From an uncultured Acidobacteriota bacterium (lineage in GTDB: Bacteria; Acidobacteriota; Vicinamibacteria; Vicinamibacterales; CAVVIG01): a DNA stretch of 64,000 nt. Positions 55,566-64,000 of this stretch are shown here, in pieces (position 1 is the first letter of the stretch; the number at the start of each line of letters is the position of its first letter). The DNA lies in NCBI GenBank assembly GCA_963724695.1, contig CAVRVW010000002.1, forward strand, positions 76,868 through 140,867, written 5' to 3'. Below the pieces are notes generated by a model that was given only the letters and a program-made list of their open reading frames with translations, had not been told where the DNA came from and did not search any database. The translations under genes and the position numbers were made by a program.

Positions 55566-58308
55566 CCCTTCGACCTCAGGGTCGCCACGAGCCGATTCGA
55601 GAGGCGGCTGGGCCGAGCAGCTGCGGCCACGGCTGGCCACGCTGCGGCTCAGCCCGACCCGCGAGGCAGAAATCGTCGAAGAGCTGTCGCAGCATCTCGA
55701 CCAGCGATTCGACGAGCTCAGAGAAGGCGGAAACAGCGAACACGACGCGCGGCGTCTTGCGATGGACGAACTGCTCGACGGCGACGCGCTGGCCCGACAC
55801 ATGCGATCCCTGCGCCAGGCACACGCCCCGCCGCCGCCCACGCCCGGCGTGCCAGGCGGGTGGTCCGCGGCCGAGCTCTGGCAGGACCTGCGCTACGCCG
55901 TCCGAATGCTGGGACGGCAGCCCGGCTTCGCGGCAGTGGTGGTGCTCACCATCGCGCTCGGCATCGGCGCCAACAGCGCCATCTTCGCCCTGGTCGACGC
56001 CACACTCCTCCGGCCGCTTCCGTTCGGCGAACCTGAGCGCCTCGTGATGGTGTCGGAGCGGAGCGCCGCATCGGCAAGGGGCCCGGTCTCGCCGCGGAAC
56101 CTTCTGGACTGGAACGAGCGGAATCGCACGTTCGAGCTGATCGCCGCCTACATCCCGAGCGTGGGCGGCATGGTGATGGCCGGCGCGGACGGCCTCGCCG
56201 AGGACGTGCCCCGGCAGTGGGTGACCGCCGGCTTCTTCGACGTCCTCGGTGTTCGCCCGATTGTCGGGCGCACGTTCCTTCCGGAAGACGATGCCCGTCG
56301 TGCGAACGCCGTCGTCCTGAGCGAGCGCTTCTGGCGGGCGCGCCTCGGCGCGGACCCGGAGATCGCGGGCCGCGACATCCGCCTCGACGGCGTTCCGTAC
56401 ACGGTGCTGGGCGTGGTTCCCAGAGACTTCGAGCTGCTCGGCGGCACCAGCGTCTGGGGGCTGCTTCCGATCCAGGGCGCTCCACCTGCGACCCGAAGTC
56501 AGTACATGTTTCGAGCCATCGGACGCTTGAGGCCCGGCGTCCCGCTCGACGCCGCGAACGCCGACATGGCGGCGGTGGCCGACGGGCTCGCGCAGGAGTT
56601 TCCGAACACGAACAAGGGCCGCGGCGTCGCGCTCGTGCCCCTGCACGACGCGTTGATCGGCAGCGAGCTTCGCTACACGTCACTGCTGTTTGTCGGGGTC
56701 GTCGGCTTCGTGCTTCTCATCTGCTGCGCGAACGTGGCCAACCTGCTCCTCGCGCGGGCGACGGTGCGCACCAGGGAGCTGGCGATCCGCTCGGCGCTCG
56801 GCGCGGGCCGGTCCCGGGTGATGCGTCAGCTGCTCACGGAGAGCCTCGTGCTTTCCCTCCTGGGGGGCGCGCTGGGGGTCGCCGTCGGCGCTGCGATTCT
56901 GAGCGTCGCGCCGTCGCTCGTTCCGCAGGGTCTCCTGCCGGCGGCCGTCACCCTCACGTTCAACCTGCGCGTGGCGGCCATTCTGCGGCGCGGCCGCGCT
57001 GTTCGCCGGACTGCTGTTCGGCCTCGCGCCGTCGTGGCACGCCACCGGTTTCCAGCTGGCGCGGGCGATGGCCTCGGAGGGACGGACCGCCACGGGCCGC
57101 GGCGGTCGACTTCGGTCGCTGCTCGTCGTCGGGGAGGTTGCAACGGCGGTCCTGCTGCTCTTCGGCGCCGGGCTGCTGCTGCGGACGCTCCTCGCGATCG
57201 AGAACGTCGACCGCGGCTACCGCGCGCAGGGCGTGCTCACGATGGTCGTCGACCCGCTCGGCGCGCAATACCCGACCCAGCAGTCCCTGCTCCAGTTCTT
57301 CGACGATGTCGAGCGGGAAATCACGGCCGTGCCGGGCGTCAGCAGCGTGGCGTGGGCGAGCACGCTGCCGCTGGGCGTTTTCCTCGGCGGGGCAGTCCTT
57401 CTTCGACGTGGTCGGCGACGCCGCCAGTCGACGAGAGCCGCCGCCCCACGGCCGACTTTCAGATCGTCAGCCCCGCCTACTTCCGGACGCTGGAGCTCCC
57501 CCTTGTCGCGGGCCGCGGCTTCGACGAGCACGACACGCGCGACAGCGGTCGGGTGTGCATCGTGAACGAGGCGTTCGTCCGAAACCACCTGCAGGGCCGC
57601 TCGCCGATTGGCCTGCGCATCGCCACGCGGTCGACCATGTTCACCCAGACGCCGCCAGTCGTGCGGGAAATTGTCGGCGTCGCCCGCCAGGTGAAGGGCC
57701 GTCCCGAGGAAACCGACGATCTCGTGCAGATCTACGTCCCGATGGCCCAGAACGCCGTGGACGACATCTTCATGCTCGTGGCGCCGCAATCGGGAGACGC
57801 GACGGCGTTGGCCGGGTCCATCCGCGCGGCGATTGGACGCGTCGACAAGGCGCAGCTCGTGAGCCTCAGGTTCGTCAGGACGCTCGAGGACGTCGCCTGG
57901 GAGGCGACGGCCCGCCACCGATTCCGGGCCGTGCTGGTGACGACGTTCGCCGGGCTGGCGCTGCTCCTGGCGATGGTGGGCGTGTTCGGCGTCCTCGCGT
58001 ATACGGTTCAACAGCGCGTGCGCGACTTCGGCGTGCGCCGTGCGCTCGGCGCGACGACGGGCGACGTGTTCCGCCTCGTCGTCGGCGACGCGGCCCGTGT
58101 GATCGCGGCCGGAGCGGTCATCGGGCTCGTCCTGTCCGCCGCGTTCAGCCGGCTGCTCGCGACGATGCTGTACGGCGTTCAGCCGCTGGATCCGGCGACG
58201 TTCGCGTTCGTGACGATCGCGCTCGGGCTGACGGCCGTCGTCGCGGTTGCCGGCCCCGCGTGGCGCGCGACCCGTATCGATCCCGCGATCGCACTGCGAG
58301 GCGAGTGA
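55558..58308 (+). CDS. Duplicated ABC permease (acidobacterial ADOP type); frameshifts near 56980 and 57380
   Basis: [51 protein letters not shown]; follows PadR. Confidence 0.9.
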   Translation: MPDPSTSGSPRADSRGGWAEQLRPRLATLRLSPTREAEIVEELSQHLDQRFDELREGGNSEHDARRLAMDELLDGDALARHMRSLRQAHAPPPPTPGVPGGWSAAELWQDLRYAVRMLGRQPGFAAVVVLTIALGIGANSAIFALVDATLLRPLPFGEPERLVMVSERSAASARGPVSPRNLLDWNERNRTFELIAAYIPSVGGMVMAGADGLAEDVPRQWVTAGFFDVLGVRPIVGRTFLPEDDARRANAVVLSERFWRARLGADPEIAGRDIRLDGVPYTVLGVVPRDFELLGGTSVWGLLPIQGAPPATRSQYMFRAIGRLRPGVPLDAANADMAAVADGLAQEFPNTNKGRGVALVPLHDALIGSELRYTSLLFVGVVGFVLLICCANVANLLLARATVRTRELAIRSALGAGRSRVMRQLLTESLVLSLLGGALGVAVGAAILSVAPSLVPQGLLPAAVTLTFNLRVAAILRRGRAVRRTAVRPRAVVARHRFPAGAGDGLGGTDRHGPRRSTSVAARRRGGCNGGPAALRRRAAAADAPRDRERRPRLPRAGRAHDGRRPARRAIPDPAVPAPVLRRCRAGNHGRAGRQQRGVGEHAAAGRFPRRGSPSSTWSATPPVDESRRPTADFQIVSPAYFRTLELPLVAGRGFDEHDTRDSGRVCIVNEAFVRNHLQGRSPIGLRIATRSTMFTQTPPVVREIVGVARQVKGRPEETDDLVQIYVPMAQNAVDDIFMLVAPQSGDATALAGSIRAAIGRVDKAQLVSLRFVRTLEDVAWEATARHRFRAVLVTTFAGLALLLAMVGVFGVLAYTVQQRVRDFGVRRALGATTGDVFRLVVGDAARVIAAGAVIGLVLSAAFSRLLATMLYGVQPLDPATFAFVTIALGLTAVVAVAGPAWRATRIDPAIALRGE

Positions 58309-58332
58309 CAGCAGCCCCGCCGCCGCCCGCGG

Positions 58333-59862
58333 CTACGTGCCCTGGCTGACGATCAGCGGCTTGCCAAACGCCCGCTCGAATCGCTTGTTCAGTCCCCTGG
58401 CGAGCCAGGAGGGCAGCATCGGCACCGAAAGCGTCACCTCGCGCCCGATCTTACAGTGCACCCGTATCCGCGAGCCGCGTGGACACCTGGCCTCGATCTC
58501 ATCGGCCAGCGCAAGAACGATGGCGGCACGCTCCAGCATCCCGCGCTCGTCCGCGTCGCTGATATGTGCCAGTGGCAGAAGGTCGGCGTGCCGGTCACCG
58601 GCGCGTCGGACGATGGACGACATCAGCGCGAGCTCGTCATGCGCGAAGCCGGTGAGCTCGGTGGCGAGCAGGATGTTGGCCACGTGCTCGTGGCGTTTCA
58701 CCACGTCGAGCGTCCGGCCGAGGTCGAGCACACGAGCCGCATGGTCGATCGCCGAGGCGACGCTGGCTGGCGCGCGCGGCTCGAGCGCCCGCAGCAGCGA
58801 GGCGGCCACCTCCCGCCGCCGCGCCGCGGCCTCGGGCCTCCACCCATCGAACTGCGAGACGAGAGACGACAACGAAGCCTCTTTGACGATCTTCGGCGAC
58901 CCCATGGCCATATTCAGACATTTCAGCGCGACGCCTTCTCTCACGCCCTGGCCCGAGACGAGGATGTGCTTCGCACCCACGAACTCCGCCAGTGTCTGGA
59001 TGGCGGCGGCGCCGCCAACAATCGAGTCCGCGCGATCCGCGCTGAGCCCGTGCACGTCGTCGCGACGCTTCTCGCTGATCCTCGCGAGGCGGTCGACAAT
59101 CTCCCCGAGGCGGACCACCGAGAGCTCGTAGGCGTGAATCCTCGAGATGGGATACCGGCGAATCTGGCAGTCGATCTTGGCCAGATTCCTCAGGGTGCCG
59201 CCGGTGCCGACGAGGCGTTCGCCGGACCGCAGGCGACCGACGCGTGCCTTTGACAGCTGGCGACGGACGTGGTCGCGAAGGCGCCGGAGCTGCTTGCTGC
59301 TGGGAGGATCCGATGCGAGGAACTTCTCACTGAGCCGCAGCGCGCCGAACGGGAAGCTCACGCCGCTGGAAGGTGTTCGCCTCGCAAACCGAGTGATCTG
59401 CAGGCTCCCGCCGCCGAGGTCGAAGAGCAGTCCGTGCGCGACAGCGAGGCCCCGAACGGCGCCCGAGAAACCCAGGCGCGCTTCCACCCGTCCGCCGATG
59501 ATGGCGATCCGAATCCCGAGCTCGCGCCGCACCCGTTCGACGAAGAGCGCGCCGTTGCTCGCGTCGCGCATGGCCGCGGTGGCCACTGCGGCCGTCCGAC
59601 TGGCTCCGGCGCTGTCCGCAATCGCCTGAAAATCGCGCAGCGCCTCCATCGTGCGCGCCATCGTCGCCTCGCTCAGATCCCCGCGCGTGTCGACATCGTG
59701 GACGAGCCGCAGGGGCGCGCGCGACGCGGCGAGCAGGTGCAGGTGGCTGGACCGATCGCGTTCGAAGACCATGACGCGGCCCGAGTTCGATCCGATATCG
59801 ATCACGGCGATGGAATCGGGGTTCCTGCGGACCGTGCGACCCTTGGCCGCGCGCGTTGGCAT
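58333..59862 (-). CDS. ppx: Ppx/GppA family phosphatase
   Basis: IDIGSNS, ATAAMRDA, DLGGGS, GTGGT, GVREG; start position approximate. Confidence 0.9.
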   Translation of the reverse strand: MPTRAAKGRTVRRNPDSIAVIDIGSNSGRVMVFERDRSSHLHLLAASRAPLRLVHDVDTRGDLSEATMARTMEALRDFQAIADSAGASRTAAVATAAMRDASNGALFVERVRRELGIRIAIIGGRVEARLGFSGAVRGLAVAHGLLFDLGGGSLQITRFARRTPSSGVSFPFGALRLSEKFLASDPPSSKQLRRLRDHVRRQLSKARVGRLRSGERLVGTGGTLRNLAKIDCQIRRYPISRIHAYELSVVRLGEIVDRLARISEKRRDDVHGLSADRADSIVGGAAAIQTLAEFVGAKHILVSGQGVREGVALKCLNMAMGSPKIVKEASLSSLVSQFDGWRPEAAARRREVAASLLRALEPRAPASVASAIDHAARVLDLGRTLDVVKRHEHVANILLATELTGFAHDELALMSSIVRRAGDRHADLLPLAHISDADERGMLERAAIVLALADEIEARCPRGSRIRVHCKIGREVTLSVPMLPSWLARGLNKRFERAFGKPLIVSQGT

Positions 59863-59967
59863 CCCTTCCAGCATCACATGTCGGCGCGGGTCACACCAGC
59901 TCGCTTGCGCATCAGGGTTGGTCAAGCTGCAAATGGCGCTCGAGTTGATCTTGCCGCGGATGCGCGA

Positions 59968-61840
59968 TCAGGGCAGCTCGAGATCGTAGGCGGTCACACG
60001 CCAGGCGCCGTTTTCCTGAGCCCACATCGTGCGCAGCACGGGCGCTTCGCCCCCGCGCGTCTGAAAGCGGATGTTCAGCCCGAAGGCCCTTCCATACTCG
60101 GCAGGAACCGCGGCCGGCGCAGGCTCGCCGCGCGTCCGGGCGCCGCAGTCCGATGCGGCGGCGATCGCGTTGGGGAGGCTGGTGAGCGAGAATACTCGCG
60201 AGTCCGCGTGGTCCATCACCCGCACGACCGGGAGCACCGGTTCCGCCGGGCTCAGCACCCTGTCGAGGCTCCGCACACTGCCGACCTGCTTGCCCGCGCG
60301 TTCGAATCCCGCTCGAATTCGCCGGCCGGCTTCGTCGGGTGACGTCGCGGCAGGCTCATCCGGATCCCGCAGCAGGTTGTAGCACGCGTACGCTTGCGGG
60401 GAGAGATATCCGAACGCCGCGTCGTAGTTCCTCCGTATCAGCCAGGTCTCCAGAAACGCGCGAGCCGCGCGGGCGAAGCCTGGATCGGCGGGGATCCTAG
60501 CGACCGTGGCGTCAGGCGGCGCGACGAGCGCCGGCGCGTCCGGGTCGTCGGCACCCGTCCGCCACGACACGATCTTCCAGTACCCGTCCTCCCTGGCCCA
60601 CAGGAGCGCGACGGCCTGGCTCTTCTGCCCGGCCACGTTGAAGGTGACGCCGAAGTAGTTGCCGTAGGCGCGCCGCTCGTCGTTCCTCCCGAGCGTCAGC
60701 CGGCTCTCGCAGTCGAAGTCGGCCGCCGCATCGTCCGGTACCGAATAGATGACGAACTGCGCGTGATACGGCTGGGTCACGACCTTGAGTCCGGGTACCG
60801 GGAACCGCACGCCGACCGTGGCATCCTCGAGCGAGCGCCTCGGGCCGAGCGTGTCGTGCGCGGCTTTCAGGTTCATCAGCAGCTGAAAAGGCGCAAGGCC
60901 GCGGTCGAAGTCGCTCGGATCCTCGCTGTCTTGTGCGAGGCACGCGTAGGCTTGTTCGGACACGTACCCCATGGCCGCGTTCACGTCACCTTCGACGAGC
61001 CAGGCCTTGAGGAAGTCGTTCGCCATGACGTCGATGTTCTTCCTGCCGGCGCGCGGTGCCTTCGGGAGCGCGAAGGTCTTGTCCTTCGGTTCCGGCTCCG
61101 CCGGGCTGTTCAGCCGAATGCCGAAGAAGCCCCGCCACCAGTTCTCCAGGCCTGCCCAACGGCCGCTGTGCCGGTCGGAGTTGTTGCCAGCCCGCACGTC
61201 GGAGTTCGCAGAGCTGAGGTGTCCATTGAACATGGAGACAGGAAACATCGACGACCGGTAGTCGACGTCGACGTCGGCGCGCCGTCCATCGGTTGCGACG
61301 GAGATCTGGATGGACGGCACGCCGCCCTGCTGCCGGTAGTTGACGGGGAAAGCCCTTGTGATACACGGCGTTGTCGGCGCCGCGCCTGAACTCCTTCGAG
61401 CGTTCGAGCGTGGTGAGCGCGCCTTCGACGAGGCGGACGTACAGGCGGAACTGACCGTCGCCGGACGCCCCGGCGACTTCGCCCCTGATCGACTCGACGC
61501 GTTCGACGAGCGACAGCGAATCGCCGAGCGGCGCGCCCGACCCATCGCTCAGCGTCGTGGTCATGAGGGCGTGCGTGACGGCGTCGAACGTGGTCTTGGA
61601 CGAGAAGCTGAGGATCTCGTCGTAGAACGGTCCTGCCTCCGCCTTCTGTCCGGTCGCTTCGTTGAAGCGCACGACCCAGGTGGCGACGAGCTGCTGGCGT
61701 CGCGGGCCGAGCCCGGAGTAGTCGCCGCCGAACTGAACCGGGGCTTGCTGGCCGAGGACGGCAGGAACGAACATCGCAGCCAGGACCGCTGCGCCAACGG
61801 ACAAGGCCATTCGACCAGACGACACCCGCGCTGTCACCAT
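59968..61840 (-). CDS. Secreted hypothetical protein with a duplicated domain; frameshift near 61345
   Basis: Signal peptide in ORF 60986..61879; continues in ORF 59968..61545. Confidence 0.7.
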
Positions 61841-61970
61841 CTCCCCCCCAAGGGCACGTGCTACCGCATCATGGAACACGCGAACTCTATCATGTCAAAT
61901 CGAGCCCTTCTGTCTCACCCAGTCTTTCCGACGTTATCACTTTTCACGCCTGGTCCGACGTTGGCTGCCG

Positions 61971-62696
61971 CTATCGCCCGGGGTTGCTCACGAAGCGGTA
62001 GCCCACGCCGCGGACCGTCTGCAGATGGCGGGGGCGGCCGGGCTCATCCTCGATGTAGCGACGCAGCCGCACGATGAAGTTGTCGATCGCGCGGGTGTCG
62101 GTGTCCTCGCGCACGCCCCACACGTTCTCGAGAATCGCCTTGCGCGACACCGGCGAACCTTCGTGCTGCACGAGGTAGCGCAGGAGTTCGGCTTCCATCA
62201 GCGTCAAGCGGCATCCGCTTCTCGCCGACGCGCACTTCCATCTGCTCGAAGTCGATGCTCTTGCCGCGAAAGGCATACTGCGAACGGGACCGGCGGCGTT
62301 TCGGCCGCCATCTGCTGCCGGAACCACTCGGTGCGCCGGAGCAGTCCGCGCACCCGCGAGATCAGGATCGGCAGCTCGAATGGCTTGGTGAGGTAGTCGT
62401 CCGCGCCCATTTCGAACCCGCGCAGCACGTCCTCCGATCGCCCGCGCGCGGTCAGCATGAGCACCGGCACGTACCGCCGCGTCCGCCGCAGTTCCGCCAC
62501 GACGCCAAAGCCGTCGATGCCCGGAAGCATCAGGTCCAGGATGACCAGATCGTAGCGGCTCGGCTCCGCCGTCGAGCCGCCGCAGCGCTTCCTCGCCGTT
62601 GTCCGCGACATCCACGTCGTGCTGCTCGGCCTCGAGGTTGAAGCGCAGGCCGTCGGCCAGGTGCTGCTCGTCTTCGACGATGAGAATGCGGCTCAT
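61971..62696 (-). CDS. OmpR-family response regulator; frameshifted
   Basis: [38 protein letters not shown]. Confidence 0.9.
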   Translation of the reverse strand: MSRILIVEDEQHLADGLRFNLEAEQHDVDVADNGEEALRRLDGGAEPLRSGHPGPDASGHRRLWRRGGTAADAAVRAGAHADRARAIGGRAARVRNGRGRLPHQAIRAADPDLAGARTAPAHRVVPAADGGRNAAGPVRSMPFAARASTSSRWKCASARSGCRLTLMEAELLRYLVQHEGSPVSRKAILENVWGVREDTDTRAIDNFIVRLRRYIEDEPGRPRHLQTVRGVGYRFVSNPGR

Positions 62697-63603
62697 TGCG
62701 TCGCGACCAGCGGCAGCTCGACGGTGAAGGCGCTGCCGTGCCCGACGCCGTCGCTCTCGACGAACACCTTGCCGCCGTGCCGGCCGACCACCGAGCGGAC
62801 GATGAAGAGCCCGAGGCCGGTGCCCTTGACCCGCGTCGCGCCCGGGATGCGATAGAAGCGCTTGAAGATGCGCTTGCGCTCCGCCGGCGAGATGCCGATG
62901 CCCTTGTCGCGGACTCGAAGCGCGATCGTCGCGCGGATCCGTCTGCTCGAGTTCGACCGCCACCCGCACGTCCGGCCCCGAGTACTTGATCGGCGTTGTC
63001 CACGAGGTTCGAGACGACGGCTCTCAACTCGTCCTCGTCGCCGAGCACGCGCCGCCCTTCGCGCTCTGGTCAACGACTCCCGATAGGTCAGCGCTTCCAC
63101 TGGCAGGCGATGGCGGGTCCGCGCCAGCGCGAGGCACTCCTGCACGAGCACGCTGAAGTCGACGGGCCGGCTGTGCCCTTGGCGGACGCGCGCGCCGATC
63201 TGCCCGGCGCGCAGGACCTGCTCGATCGTGCCGAGCAGCCGGTCGCTGTCCTCGAGCATCGTCCCGTAGAACTCCTGGCGCTTCGCCTCGTCCACCTGAC
63301 GATTCTGCAGGGTCTGCAGATACAGCTTCATCGACGCCACGGGCGTCTTCAGCTCGTGGGTCACCGCGTTGATGAACGCCTCGTGCTGTTCGTTCCGCCG
63401 GATTTCGCGGACCAGGAAGATGGTGTTGAGGACGACGCCGGTGATGATGAGGGGAAAGACCAGAACGCCGAGGAGCAGCAGGCCGGCCTGCCGCCAGCTG
63501 ACGATGACCCAGCCGACGTTGAGGGCGAGCGCACCGCCGACGAGGCACGGCGCCGAGGACGATGAAGAAGGCGATCGATCTCCGGCGGCCGCCGGATCTG
63601 CAT
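62693..63603 (-). CDS. Sensor histidine kinase; frameshifted
   Basis: Two TM helices, THELKTP, NLVDNA, DKGIG, GTGLGL. Confidence 0.88.
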
Positions 63604-63635
63604 GCTCACGCCTCTAAGGATAGAACGAACGCCCG

Positions 63636-64000
63636 CTACGCCGCGACTTCTTCCTCGGACGCGTCGCTCACCTTGGCCACACGCACGTCCCAGACGAGGC
63701 CGAGCGCTCGGAGCAGCTTGAGCTCGAGCCAGGTGACGTCGAACTCGTACCAGGCCAGACCGTGGCGCGCGGAGGTCGGGTGGGCGTGATGGTTGTTGTG
63801 CCAGCCCTCGCCAAAGGTGAGGAGCGCAACCCACCAGGTGTTGCGGGAATCGTCGGTGGTCGCGAAGCGGCGGCGGCCCCACATGTGCGTGGCCGAGTTG
63901 ACCAGCCAGGTCGAGTGCAGGCCGACGACGACGCGCAGGAAGATGGCCCAGTTCACGAGGCCCCACCCGCCGATGGCCAGGAGCGCGAAGCCGAGCACGG
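63636..64000 (-). CDS. Fatty acid (delta-9-like) desaturase, C-terminal part
   Basis: VNSATH and GEGWHNNHHAHP His box; gene begins beyond the window end. Confidence 0.9.
   Translation of the reverse strand, partial: VLGFALLAIGGWGLVNWAIFLRVVVGLHSTWLVNSATHMWGRRRFATTDDSRNTWWVALLTFGEGWHNNHHAHPTSARHGLAWYEFDVTWLELKLLRALGLVWDVRVAKVSDASEEEVAA

Noticed and set aside
40814-59862. ppk2 and ppx as one polyphosphate locus
   Set aside because: They are about 17 kb apart with unrelated genes between them.

Overview
GC-rich bacterial DNA with about 58 coding regions. The gene content (Ser/Thr kinases with TolB-like propellers, PadR plus a duplicated orphan ABC permease, DUF6178, PQQ and NHL propellers, TonB receptor) suggests Acidobacteriota, probably Vicinamibacterales/Luteitalea-like (inference). 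Many genes, including glpK, pgi and gnd, carry single-base frameshifts that look like long-read errors. I found no rRNA, tRNA, CRISPR array or transposase. The most interesting signals are: (1) a co-directional cluster at 41.7-45.8 kb pairing a heme-c-fused PHM-like copper monooxygenase with a PAL-like NHL propeller, the two halves of animal peptide amidation; (2) a general-stress gene island at 46-55 kb around a KaiC-like ATPase and hybrid kinase, with four sigma-54 -24/-12 motifs; (3) twin divergent ECF promoters; (4) an 11-bp-period operator beside a kinase and wHTH-FHA pair; (5) two apparent deletion scars, a kinase N-terminus on an AbgT transporter and a collapsed cytochrome c-PQQ dehydrogenase. 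All family calls come from motif recognition by eye, not database searches.
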